A stretch of 64,000 bases of DNA. Origin: Macrostomum lignano. Lineage: Eukaryota. This document shows, piece by piece, positions 26,587-40,253 of this stretch. The notes beneath the pieces are model-generated. The model made no database searches and was not told the origin of the DNA. It worked only from the letters and a program-made list of their open reading frames with translations. The DNA is taken from assembly GCA_002269645.1 (NCBI GenBank), contig NIVC01000130.1, positions 620,001 through 684,000 on the forward strand, in the 5' to 3' direction. Made by a program: the position numbers and the translations under genes. Position 1 is the first letter of the stretch, and every line of letters starts with the position of its first letter.

Positions 26587-27853
26587 TAGTTCAGTTGTTG
26601 AGAAAGTTCTCACAGTTTCTAGAAAATTTGATTCAAAAACTTTATAGAACATTCTAGAAGCTTATCGTGTGGATATATATTGAGGGTGGGTATATACAAT
26701 TTTGATAAACTTCTTTTCAATTTCATGATTATTGCTATCAAAGCCAGATCAACTACATGGATCTCTCTCAACCCCATATTTGTGGTCTATTACTTTATGA
26801 CTTTAAATTTGGTATCAAAGATCAAAGTAGCCAAATTGAGCAGTTGCATTAACAGTGCATTTGGTACTAATACTGTCTAAATGCATTGTGCAATATTGGT
26901 TTGCTCACTTTTGCAAGGCTCAGCCTCAAAGATTTGCCCTGGTCAGGGTGTCCTTCTAAGGTTGATGATGACTACCTGCATACACTTATTGAAGTTGACC
27001 CTCAACAAACCATGCGTGAGTTGGCGCAAGTCCTTGGGGTAGACCATTAAATGATTGCCACTCACTTGCATCAACTGGGCAAAGTGCACAAGTTGACTCA
27101 ATGGGTATCCCATGAATTGTCCAATGGGACTGCAAATGCAGGTCAGAGGCGGCCACTACTCTTCTCTCCTATTGGCTCACACACAATTGGCTAAAGTCAA
27201 TTGTTACTGGCAATGAAAAATGGTGCTTATACATGAACATCAAGCATCAACGGTCATGGGTGGATGCTGATGTGACCCCTGAGCCATAGCCTAAAGTTGG
27301 ACTCCATCCCCGCAAGGTCATACTGTGCATTTGGTAGGATTGCAAAGGTGTGATCCTCTACAAGCTACTGCCACCCAACACATTGATTATGGCCAACCTG
27401 TACTGCTAACAGCTAGACAGATTGGCCACTGCTATTGCATAGAAGTGACCAAATTATGGCCTGGTCTGATTCTTGCACAATAACGCCTGCCCCCACATTG
27501 CCAAGATGACTCATCAAAAGTTACTGGACCTTGGCTAGGAACTGGTGTCTCATCTTCCATATTCCCCCAACCTGGCACCTAGCAACTACCATCTTTTCTT
27601 GGCCCTGACCAATGCCTTGACGAGCAAAACTTTTGCTGATAATGAAGCCCTGGATAACTGGCTCAAAAAGTTTTTTGCCCAAAACCTGAGAAATTCCACG
27701 CTGATGGCATTATGTCTCTGCCTGAAAAATGGCAGAAGGTGATTGATTCAGATGGCAATTACTTCATTTCTTAAAGTCTTTCCATATTTAAAAAAAAACT
27801 TGTTTGGAGGAAGGTTTTAGAAACTATAAAAACTTTCTCGACAACCCAATATA
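26587..27853 (+). mobile_element. Full-length decayed mariner (Tc1/mariner, DD34D) transposon, ~1.27 kb
   Basis: Degenerate TIRs (GTTGTTGAGAAAGTT at the 5' end; AACTTTCTCGACAAC at the 3' end, TA-flanked). Transposase relics SLKDLPWSGCP, WVSHEL, IVTGNEKW, LHNNACPH and YSPNLAPSNYHLF; many stops and frameshifts. Confidence 0.93.
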
Positions 27854-28934
27854 AACATAAAAGGCTGCTCAAAATTTAAACTTGATTTGCTATTTGCTAT
27901 TCACTTTTTGCTATGTGGGCAATGTCCTAGTTTCCCATGTTAAATTATTTTAATGCCAAATTTTATGCAAATGGACCGAAAAAGTTAATCAAAGTTAATA
28001 CAATAGCCCCCCCCCTAATAAAATTATAGCTTTTAGCCTTTAATAAAAGTATGCTTAAAGTTTATGTTTAGTAATAAAGGTCCATTTTCAATATATTGAA
28101 GTTTACTATGAAGGTTATATCTAAAGTTTTTAAATGGCACTAGTGACAAGCTTTTTAAGTCCCACCTCAACAAGTTTCTCTGCTACCAACTATCCCAAGA
28201 GAAGTAATTTAACAACTTCCTACGTACTATTGTAGGTGACCTACTATTATATATTTACAAAAAATTGTAACCCATGTAAGAACATGCAACAAAAAAATAC
28301 AAAAAAATGAAAAGTTTAGACAAGATGTTTTATTTAAGATTATCAAAATATATTAATTTAATTTATAAATGTATAACAATGTTAAATCTCTTGTTTGCCA
28401 TAGACATAATCTAGAAGGTGGTTTTTATACTAGATAATTCTGGCATATTTTCTGGCCCTCCCAATTGCATAAGGAGGTGATTGTTAGGAGTCTGGGTCTA
28501 GCCAGATGCAACTTTTGTCAACCTCAAAAATGGTGCTTATTGCTTTAACCCCTCAACAAATGTCATTTATTGTTGCAACTCATTGGTACATATGGACAAT
28601 CTTCCTTGCCCCTTTCCCCCTAGTCATTGGCAGCCCCCCAATAGGAAATACTGGGTATGCCACTGATCATCATAAGAATAAGAATAGCTTTTCCATAGGC
28701 ATATTTGTGGCTGCCAAAGGACCTAATTTATTGTAGTTGATATAGTATTTTATAGCCATGGCTATAATTACAATGAATCATTGGTATTTTTAATTTGGCA
28801 CCTAGCTTGCTGCTTAGATAGTAAGCTATATTCCTAAAGACAAAAATAGGAGTTAATAGGATAATTTTTGTCTTTTTCTAGCAATGAGAGTGGGAACTAG
28901 CCATTTTTATTTCATATATACATATATACATGAT

Positions 28935-29721
28935 GGCTCATTCTATATAAGATGGACATATTTGGAAAATAGAAAAAAGTCAATATTTTTGCTTGCCATT
29001 GCCTTATTAGCCTATTTTTTACCAAATGTTTTTTATGTGCAATATATACAATCTAAGAATAAAGGAATGGTAAAATGTTGGATTAGTATGTTATCAATTG
29101 GCAAAAAGTCATTTTTGTAAAAATTTTGACATTTTTTGAAGCAAAAGACATCATTAAGATTTTGTACCTTTTAAAAACAAATAGAAAGCTTTTGAAGGTT
29201 GAAACAAACTATAGATAAAAGTATAGTACTTGCATCATCAGATAAAAGCATTGGTGACCAAATAATCTATTATATTTTTAATATATTAGTACCTCAAAGT
29301 TACTGAATTGACAGAAAAAAATATGTTACGACCATAATGTTATGACCATAAGGCTGCCTTTTCTTTTGTATCTTTGTTGCCTTTTGAGTTTATATATTCT
29401 AATAAATGAGTATGATTTCTAAAGATGTTCTTAGTCAAATTTTAAAAATGTATTGCAAAATATCCAAAATGAAAAATGTTATTTAAGACTTTTACCTTTT
29501 AGTTTCTATATGTCAAAAATCCAGTTGTTACGAGCATAAGTGTCATTTAAGGTTTAATAGCATCTATACTAATGATGATATCTATATGAAACTCTATAAA
29601 TATATTCTAGACAAAACAATCTTTCATTTGAAATATTGGTTTAGTATAATCTATTATTAAATTTCATTTTATAAGTAAAAATAGCCTGTCATGTTACGAC
29701 TGTGCTTATATGGAATGAGCC
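28935..29721. mobile_element. 787-bp non-autonomous DNA transposon, copy A
   Basis: TIR GGCTCATT(C/T)CATATAAG-type termini, 4-bp TSD TGAT on both flanks; homologous along its length to the reverse complement of 60045-60831. Confidence 0.9.
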
Positions 29722-29923
29722 TGATAGTATTTTGTGGAAATGAAACTGTCTCTAAGATTAAAAAAATGCACAATGGTCATCATATCCCATGTTTCTATGT
29801 GAACCCCCCCCCCCATCCAATCTCACTTAAAATTGTAGATTTATATGCTGATTACTACATAAAATTGCTACAGTAAAAAATTTTTCTTATTGATTCCAGT
29901 CCAACTGCTAATTGCCCCCAGTC

Positions 29924-32900
29924 ATGCAGTCGGCCTCGCAACACGAGACTGAGCGAATAGAGCTCATTAATCGAATACGCGAATGGAACGAGAATCGTCT
30001 AGATTTATTCGAAATCTCCTTCCCTAATCAGAACTTGGAGTTTTTCGGCGCTATGCGCTTCTATTTTCAAGGCGACGATCAGAAATACCAGACTAAATGC
30101 CTTCGAGTGTCCAGCACGGCAACCACTCGCGATTTGATTGGTCCTCTGGTTGAGAAATTTCATCCGGATCTGAAAATGCTCGGCTGCGATATCTATGGCC
30201 TCTACGAGGTTCACTCCAATGGAGAGGAGCGCCGGTTGTCTGAACAAGATCGCCCACTGCTAGTGCAGCTGAATTGGGGCAAAGATGATCGAGATGGCAA
30301 ATTTATATTGAAAAACGAGACTAAAGTTAATCGGCAGAGAGAGGTGAGACTCTCCGAGTTCTGTTGAATTTGTTATTGCTGCTGCTAACCGGTTGAACTG
30401 CTTGTTCCTGACACCCAGCTTGAGACTTCTGACACCCAGCTTGGGATTCCTGACACCCAGCTTGGGACTCCTGACACCCAGCTTGAGACTTCTGACACCC
30501 AGCTTGGGACTTCTGACACCCAGCTTGAGACTTCTGACACCCAGCTTGAGACTTCTGACACCCAGCTTGGGACTCCTGACACTCATTTGAGACTTCTGAC
30601 ACCCAGCTTGGGACTCCTGACACCCATCTTGAGACTTCTCCTGAAACCCATCTTGGGACTTCTGACACTCAGCTTGTGACTCTGACACCCAGCTTGGGAC
30701 TTCTGACCCCCAGCTTGGGACTTCTGATACCCAGCTTGAGACTTCTCCTGACACTCAGCTTAAGACTTCTTCTGACACTCAGCTTAAGACTTCTTCTGAT
30801 ACCCAGCTTAAGACTTCTTCTGATACTCAGCTTAAGACTTCTGACACCCAGCTTGGGACTTCTCCTGACACCCAACTTGACGCTTCACCTGACTCAACTT
30901 TGAACTTTGAACAATTTCAGTGTGTTTAAGCTGCGCCATTTGACTTTACAGGTCATTCTTGGGACAAATGAGACTTTAGGGTCATGATTTAGTGCCAGGT
31001 AAAGTTTAATGTTAGGTTTTTTTGAAGACACGTGACTCACAACGTGCCATATAGTTTTATATAAAACAACGCGTTGCATAAACATTACACAGCATTGCAT
31101 AAGCCTGTCAAAATTAGTTTAACTCAATATATAACTCGGGTTGATTCCCCCCAAACAGATGAACAACAACGCCAGTTCAGTCGGCGGCGTTGGCACTGCA
31201 GGCGAAAGTTTCAAACGCGACAAGAAGCGCCTGTCTAAACGCGAGAAAAAGAAGAAAGAGCAAATGGAAGCTGAGCAGAAAAAGGCAACAGCCGTGCCTG
31301 ATTCCACTTTTACTAGGACAATTTCTAATCCGGAACTGGTGATGGCGCGTCGGAGGAAGCAAAAGCTTGAGAAGATTGAGCAGGTGAGGAAAGCACTTCG
31401 TATTTTTTATATTGTGCTCTGATGAGTCTGCTTAATGCTTCTGTTTAGGCAGATTTTGAGGAGTCTCAAAATCTCAGGCTTACAATCTTACTGTAAGCCT
31501 GATTGAGGCTATGAGATTTTGATACTGTAAGCCTGATTGAGGCTATGAGATTTTGATACTGTAAGCCTGATTGAGGCTATGAGATTTTGATACTGTAAGC
31601 CTGATTGAGGCTATGAGATTTTGATACTGTAAGCCTGATTGAGGCTATGAGATTTTGATACTGTAAGCCAGATTTTGAGGCTATGAGATTTTGATTCTGT
31701 AAGCCATAATGAAGCTATGAGATTTTGATGCTGTAAGCCATAATGAAGCTATGAAATTTTGATACTGTAAGCTAGATTTTGAGGTTATGAGATTTTGATT
31801 CTGTAAGCCATAATGAAGCTATGAGATTTTGATACTGTAAGCCATAATGAAGCTATGAGATTTTGATACTGTAAGCCAGATTTTGAGGTTATGAGATTTT
31901 GATGCTGTAAGCCATAATGAAGCTATGAGATTTTGATACTGTAAGCCATAATGAAGCTATGAGATTTTGATACTGTAAGCCAGATTTTGAGGCTATGAGA
32001 TTTTGATACTGTAAGCCATAATGAGGCTATGAGATTTTGATACTGTAAGCCTGATTGAGGCTATGAGATTTTGATACTGTAAGCCTGATTGAGGCTATGA
32101 GATTTTGATACTGTAAGCCTGATTAAGGGATGCCCTAAACTGTGAGAGTTTCCCACCCGAAGCCGCAATCTTCGAGCCCTAAATAATCAGACATCGAGGC
32201 CATTTATCCCATTGGTAATCCTCTCGCCCGCCACAGGCCAGCGCCGCCGGTTCAAAAAGTGCCACCCTGAAAGTTTACGGCGACGCACTGAAGCCGGACA
32301 TACCCTACAAAGCGCTGCTGCTCACCACTGATGACACGTGCGCCGATATCGTGTCCGAGATGTTAGAAAAGTACAACATGCTACCTGCCGCTAATCCGGC
32401 GGATTATTGCCTGATTAAAATTTGGCTGCCGCCAAGAGAAGATCGGCAGTCTTACAGGCCAGACCAGCTCGAGGAGCCGCTGCCACCAGACGAGCGACCC
32501 TTGGATATCATGTTTAATAGGCCGCCAGCTAAAGGGACTTTCATGTTTCAGGTTAGTGCGCTGGATGGGATATGCATGACAAATTTATTTTATCATTAAC
32601 TTCTAAATATCGCCCTTTACCTACTTTCCAAGAATCGCTTTCTATCTAATTTGTAAGAATTGCCCTTTTCTAGAATCAACCTTTCCTAGATTCGCCCTTT
32701 CCAAGAATCCTCTTCTGTGTTAAATTTCCAGAAACGCCCTTTCTAAAAATCGCTCTTTCCAAGAATCGCTGTTTTCAAAAATCGCCCTCTGTATCCAATT
32801 TCCAATAATCGTCCTTTCCAAAAAATCGACATTTCCAAGAATCTTCCTTTTAAAAAATCGCCCTTTCCAATAATCGTTTTCGATAATCGCCCTTTCCAAG

Positions 32901-35900
32901 AATCGCTCTTTTTAGCAAGCGTCCTCTGTATTCTATTTTTCAAGAATCGCCTTCATTCTACTTCCCAGCAACCAATTCCAACATTTTCCAGGTCCGCCCA
33001 TTGCCGGCCGGCATACGCCAGCAATACCAACAGCATCTGAAGCAATTTCAACAGCATCGCGAGCAACAGAAGCAGAGTCTGCAACAACAACAACAGCCTC
33101 AGCAGCCTCAGCAGCAGCAGGGGCCATTGAACGGTCGCACAATATCGGCATCTGTGTCGCATTCGTCTCTGGTACAGCCTCAGCAGCCCCAGCAGCAACA
33201 TCGGCCGCAACCGCCGCCTCAGCAGCAGCAGAAACAACAACAACAGCAGCAGCAGCAGCAGAACCTCGACCTACCCTACCTGGTCGAATTGAACGCCGAT
33301 GGTAGCGACTGCCCATCCGGCCGTCTGGTCCGTCTGCCTATCGATAAGCCGCCCCCGATTCATCTGGGCAGCGGCGGGCCCAGCGTAGCGGCCACGATCG
33401 GCTCCAATGCTACTTTTGTCCAGCTGGCTCATCCTGAGGTGCAGCCGGTGCACTGCCTCATCAGCCAGCGGCCCGGCCAGCCTCCTAGTCTGGACTTGTC
33501 GCCCTCCGGTCCCTCTAGCGCCGTGTGGATTAATAATCAACGCGTCAGTCCCGGCAGCTGGGTCGCCCTGCGTAGCGGAGTTAGCGTTAGATTTGGTCGC
33601 GATCTGCTGCTAAGATTCATCGACCCGCTGGCCGAGAGGAGGTATATGCAGCAGCAGCAACAGCAGCAGCAGCCACCGCCGCATGTTGCCGCCGCAGGTG
33701 TGTTAAAATTCAAAATTAGAAATTTTAGATTTGAGTATTGGAATTCTCTGATTTGGGATCTGGGGATTTAGATTTGGGATCTGGGGATTTAGATTTGGGA
33801 TCAGGGGATTTAGATTTAGGATCTGGGGATTTAGATTTGGTTATATCTGGGGATTTAGATTTAGGATCTGGGGATTTAGATTTGGTTATATCTGGGGATT
33901 TAGATTTGGTTATATCTGGGGATTTAGTTTCGGGATCTGAAGATTTAGATTGTGGATGTAGGGATTTAGATTTGAGATCTGGGGATTTAGTTTTGGGATC
34001 TGGAAATTTAGATTTGAAATCTAGGGATTTAGATTTGGGATTTCAGATTCGGGATTCGGGATTTCAGATTTGGAATTTCAGATTCGGATTTCTGATTCGG
34101 GATTTGAAATTCCGAATATCAATCTGGGGATTAAACAATCTACCAACACTTCAGCCGCTCCAACCGGCCCGCTCGACGACCTGCCGTGCGGCCTCATCGT
34201 CCAGCCTCAGCACGACTCTCGCCTCATTGAAGAGGCCGTGTTCCGCTGCTCGCCCCAGCTGGTCCGTTTCCGCCTGGCTCCCGCCTACGCGCTCTACCTG
34301 ACCGAACGGGCCGTGTTTAGAGCAGTGAACGAATCGGCCGAACTGAATCCCGGCCGCCTTGACAACTGCCTGCTCCGCGTGGCCGATAGTCTGTCAGCAG
34401 CGGTGGCCGACAGTCAGACGGAGCCGCAGTCGTTGGTGTTCTGGTTGGCCAATGCTAGCGAGCATTTGCACTTTGTCAAGCGGGACATGAACTTGTCCGA
34501 TCTGTCTCCGGGTACCGTTGAGCACGCCTGCGATATCATTGCAGCAGCTGTGCAGTCAGCTTTCAACATGCTGCTGGCTGACCTTCAGGACCGCCTGCAG
34601 GCCGACACGCCCGCGCTGCTGGCACCGGAGTCTCAGGAGGATATGGCGCCATACGGCGGACCCGAGGATGAACCTGTCGAACTGCAGGTAAATATTGGTA
34701 TCAAGATCCCAATTTTGAGTACTCAAAGATCCCAAATTTGAGTACTCCTTAAAGATCACAATTTCGAGTCCTTAATCCCAAAGATCCCTATTTAGGCAAT
34801 CCCAATTTCGAGTCTTTTATCCCAAAGATCCCTATCTAAGAAATCCCAGTTCGAGTCTTAGATCCCAAAGATCCCAATTCAAGAAATCCCAATTTCGAGT
34901 CTTTGATCCCGAAGATCTCTATTCAAAAAATACCAGTTTCGAGTCCTTGATCCCAAATATCCCTATTCAAGAAATCCCAGTTTCGAGTCTTTTATCCCAA
35001 AGATCCCTATTCAAGAAATCCCAATTTCGAGACTTTGATCCCGAAGATCCCTATTCAACAAATCCCAGTTTCGGTCTTTTATCCCAAAGATCCCAATTCA
35101 AGAAATCCCGATTTCGAGTCTTTGATCCCAAAGATCCCAATTCAAGAAATCCCAGTTTCGAGTCTTTGATCCCGAAGATCCCAATTCAAGAAATCCCAAT
35201 TTCGAGTCTTTGATCCCGAAGATCCCTATTCAAGAAATCCCAATTTCGAGTCTTTGATCCCGAAGATCCCTATTCAAGAAATCCCAATTTCGAGTCTTTG
35301 ATCCCAAAGATCCCAATTCAAGAAATCCCAATTTCGAGTCTTTGATCCCAAAGATCCCAATTCAAGAAATCCCAATTTAGAGTCTTTGATCCCGAAGATC
35401 CCTATTCAAGAAATCCCAATTTCGAGTCTTTGATCCCGAAGATCCCAATTCAAGAAATCCCAATTTCGAGTCTTTGATCCCGAAGATCCCTATTCAAGAA
35501 ATCCCAATTTTAAGTCTTTAATCCCGAAGATCCCTATTCAACAAATCCCAGTTTCGGTATTTTATCCCAAAGATCCCTATCTAAGAAATCCCAAGTTCGA
35601 GTCTTTGATCCCAAAGATCACAACCCAAAAATCCTTTCGCCATTCCAGTCGACTCCGCCGAACAATCCGACCGCTTCGCTGCTGCAACTGCTTCGCTGCC
35701 TGTCAGGCGCCATGGTTGTTCTTCGTCGTTGCCGAGTCAACGCCGCCTTGACAATTCAGCTGTTCTCTCAGCTGTTTCACTACGTTAACGCCTGCGTTTT
35801 CAATCAGCTGGTGTCGCTTCAGGCAGCCGGGGAAGCCGCTTCCGGTTACCTGACGGCCAGTTGGGGCGACTTGCTGTTGCGCAGGTTGGAGCGAGTGAAA

Positions 35901-38900
35901 GCGTGGGCGGAGAGGCAGGGCTTGGAGCTGGCCGCCGAGTGCCATTTGGCCAGGTGAGACTTGAGGCCAGGTTTAATGGGGTTGAAGATTGTCTTTAAAA
36001 ATTGCTTTTGAAGCATTCCTGAGAATCATTTCTAAGAATCATTTCTGAAGAATTACTGAAAATCATTCCTGAAGCATTCCTGAAAATCATTCCTGAAGCA
36101 TTCCTGAAAATCATTCCTGAAGCATTCCTGAGAATCATTTATAAGAATCATTCCTGAAGCTTTCCTGAGAATCATTCCTGAAGCTTTACTGAGAATCATT
36201 TCTAAGAATCGTTCCTGAAGCATTACTGAGAATCATTTCTAAGAATCGTTCCTGAAGCATTACTGAGAATCATTTCTAAGAATCGTTCCTGAAGCATTAC
36301 TGAGAATCATTTCTAAGAATCGTTCCTGAAGCATTACTGAGAATCATTTCTAAGAATCATTCCTGAAGCATTACTGAGAATCATTTCTAAGAATCGTTCC
36401 TGAAGCATTACTGAGAATCATTTCTAAGAATCGTTCCTGAAGCATTACTGAGAATCATTTCTAAGAATCATTCCTGAAGCATTACTGGGAATCATTTCTA
36501 AGAATCGTTCCTGAAGCATTGCTGAGAATCATTTCTAAGAATCGTTCCTGAAGCATTGCTGAGAATCATTTCTAAGAATCGTTCCTGAAGCATTACTGAG
36601 AATCGTTCCTGAAGCATTTCTGAAGCTTTATATCATTTTATAAGCTTTTCCAAGGCCTCTCCTCGAGCATTATCCATTTAACTACGCATCTGATAACCGC
36701 CTCTGAACTGCAACTGAAACCGACGCCTGCACATTCTCTAAGAATGATGCACAAATGTTAACTTACCCTTTGACATAAACTTGCTATTTTTATATAGCCG
36801 AGTTAATGCTGGCTTGCTAGATAGTATCCGACATCAAATATTATGATTTATGCATATATTGACTGAATAACAAAGGAAGTAATAATATATAATTAATAAT
36901 TAATTAATCATATACAGAAGTGTCCAAGCGTGCCACCTTCTACTATGCGACAAATCAGATTTCAACGCTTTATCAGAGACTGCCGCTAATTGTTTGCGCT
37001 TAAACTCCATTCAAACTGGAGCCCTGCTGGCCGGCTTCAGGCCGTCGCTGCCGCGCACCTGGATTGACAGCTTAGTTGAAGCGGCCAGGCAGTCGGCCGA
37101 TCCTCTACACGAAGAGGAAGGCCTGGCTATTGAACTGTTAGAAGAGCCAGATCTTAATCTGCCACTGCTCCTACCCGACGATGGGTACACCTGCGATGCT
37201 CCACTGGGGATGCCGAACGGCTTGGAGGAATTCCTCACGCCGCTGGCCCGACAGGGTCTCTGCCAGGTGGTGCCGCATCCAGGCCATCAGAGATCTGACG
37301 GCTTGTGGACTGTCTATATGCAGATTGATGGCGAAATTACTGACGACTCTGCTGATGGAAAGAGACCGGTGCAGCAGCAGGTTCAGGTAATGAAGATGCT
37401 GAGCGTGTGGTCCTCAGATTGAATTCATAATTAGTGACTGTGGTCCTCAGATTGAATTCATAATTAGTGACTGTGGTCCTCAGATTGAATTCATAATTAG
37501 TGACTGTGGTCCTCAGATTGAATTCATAATTAGTGACTGTGGTCCTCAGATTGAATTCATAATTAGTGACTGTGGTCCTCAGATTGAATTCATAATTAGT
37601 GACTGTGGTCCTCAGATTGAATTCATAATTAGTGACTGTGGTCCTCAGATTGAATTCATAATTAGTGACTGTGGTCCTCAGATTGAATTCATAATTAGTG
37701 ACTGTGGTCCTCAGATTGAATTCATAATTAGTGACTGTGGTCCTCAGATTAAATTCATAATTAGTGACTGTGGTCCTCAGATTGAATTCATAATTAGTGA
37801 CTGTGGTCCTCAGATTGAATTCAGGACTAGGGACTGTGGTCCTCAGATTGAATTCATAATTAGTAACTGTGGTCCTCAGATTGAATTCATAATTAGTGAC
37901 TGTGGTCCTCAGATGGAATTCATAATTAGTGACTGTGGTCCTCAGATTGAATTCATAATTAGTGACTGTGGTCCTCAGATTGAATTCAGGACTAGGGACT
38001 GTGGTCCTCAGATTGAATTCATAATTAGTGACTGTGGTCCTCAGATTGAATTCATAATTAGTAACTGTGGTCCTCAGATTGAATTCATAATTAATGACTG
38101 TGGTCCTCAGATTGAATTCATAATTAGTGACTGTGGTCCTCAGATTGAATTCATAATTAGTGACTGTGGTCCTCAGATTGAATTCAGGACTAGGGACTGT
38201 GGTCCTCAGATTGAATTCATAATTAGTAACTGTGGTCCTCAGATTGAATTCATAATTAGTGACTGTGGTCCTCAGATTGAATTCATAATTAGTGACTGTG
38301 GTCCTCAGATTGAATTCATAATTAGTGACTGTGGTCCTCAGATTGAATTCATAATTAGTGACTGTGGTCCTCAGATTGAATTCATAATTAGTGACTGTGG
38401 TCCTCAGATTGAATTCATAATTAGTGACTGTGGTCCTCAGATTGAATTCATAATTAGTGACTGTGGTCCTCAGATTGAATTCATAATTAGTGACTGTGGT
38501 CCTCAGATTGAATTCATAATAAGTGACTGTGGTCCTCAGATTGAATTCATAATTAGTGATTGTGGTCCTCAGATTGAATTCATAATTAATTACTGTGGTC
38601 CTCAGATTGAATTCGTAATTAGTGACTGTGGTTCTCAGATTAAATTCATAATTAGTGACTGTGGTCCTCAGATTGAATTCAGGACTAGGGACTGTGGTCC
38701 TCAGATTGAATTCATAATTAGTAACTGTGGTCCTCAGATTGAATTCATAATTAGTAACTGTGGTCCTCAGATTGAATTCATAATTAATGACTGTGGTCCT
38801 CAGATTGAATTCATAATTAATGACTGTGGTCCTCAGATTGAATTCATAATTAGTGACTGTGGTCCTCAGATTGAATTCATAATTAGTGACTGTGGTCCTC

Positions 38901-39886
38901 AGATTGAATTCATAATTAGTGACTGTGGTCCTCAGATTGAATTCATAATTAATGACTGTGGTCCTCAGATTAAATTCATAATTAGTGACTGTGGTCCTCA
39001 GATTGAATTCATAATTAGTAACTGTGGTCCTCAGATTGAATTCATAATTAGTGACTGTGGTCCTCAGATTAAATTCATAATTAGTGACTGTGGTCCTCAG
39101 ATTGAATTCATAATTAGTGACTGTGGTCCTCAGATTGAATTCATAATTAGTAACTGTGGTCCTCAGATTGAATTCATAATTAGTGACTGTGGTCCTCAGA
39201 TTGAATTCATAATTAGTGACTGTGGTCCTCAGATTGAATTCATAATTAGTGACTGTGGTCCTCAGATTGAATTCATAATTAGTGACTGTGGTCCTCAGAT
39301 TGAATTCATAATTAGTGACTGTGGTCCTCAGATTGAATTCATAATTAGTGACTGTGGTCCTCAGATTGAATTCATAATTAGTGACTGTGGTCCTCAGATT
39401 GAATTCGTAATTAGTAACTGTGGTCCTCAGATTGAATTCATAATTAGTGACTGTGGTCCTCAGATTAAATTCAGGGTTTTAGTGAATGTGGTCCTCAGAC
39501 ATATGGTCCAATGACAGCATGGTCCAATAATTCCATAATTACAGGTGGAAAATCAACGTGATTCAAGCCGCCTCTCCCAGCATGAGCAGCAGCAACAGCA
39601 ACAGGTCCTTAAGCCAGCTGTACAGCAAATCCAGCTAGCTAAATACAATAACTCTCTGGGTTTGAGCATAGTCTCAGCCACGGCTCTAGCTGGCCCTGAT
39701 CAGGGCGTTGTTGGCACCTACGTGAAGGCTGTGATACCTGGCGGCGCCGCGGACAGAGATGGCCGCATAGAGACCGGCGATCAGCTGCTGGCTGTTAACG
39801 GCCTGTCTCTGGTTGGACTGTCCCAGAGAGAGGCTGCTGGCGTGCTTCAGGTGTGTCCAGCAATCAGATTTTTTAGTTGGTTAGTC

Positions 39887-39941
<55 letters not shown>

Positions 39942-40026
39942 CAGTCAGTTAGTCAGTTAGTTAGTTAGTTAGCTAGTCAGTCAGTTAGTTAGTTAGTTAG
40001 TTAGTCAGTCAGTCAGTTAATTAGTC

Positions 40027-40105
<79 letters not shown>

Positions 40106-40198
40106 CAGTCAGTTAGTCAGTTAGTTAGTTAGTTAGTTAGCTAGTCAGTCAGTCAGTTAGTTAGTTAGTTAGTCAGTCAGTCAGTCAGTTAGTTAGTC

Positions 40199-40253
<55 letters not shown>

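Noticed and set aside
28440-28740. Minus-strand Cys/His pattern faintly like a TRAF-type zinc finger
   Set aside because: Multiple stops and too degenerate to support a call.
37407-39500. CRISPR-like regular arrays (also 6234-6910, 17905-18445)
   Set aside because: Units are contiguous with no unique spacers, no cas genes are present, and the context is eukaryotic.
37913-39514. 533-aa EFIISDCGPQI repeat ORF
   Set aside because: 33-bp array in afadin intron 7, between the DIL and PDZ exons.
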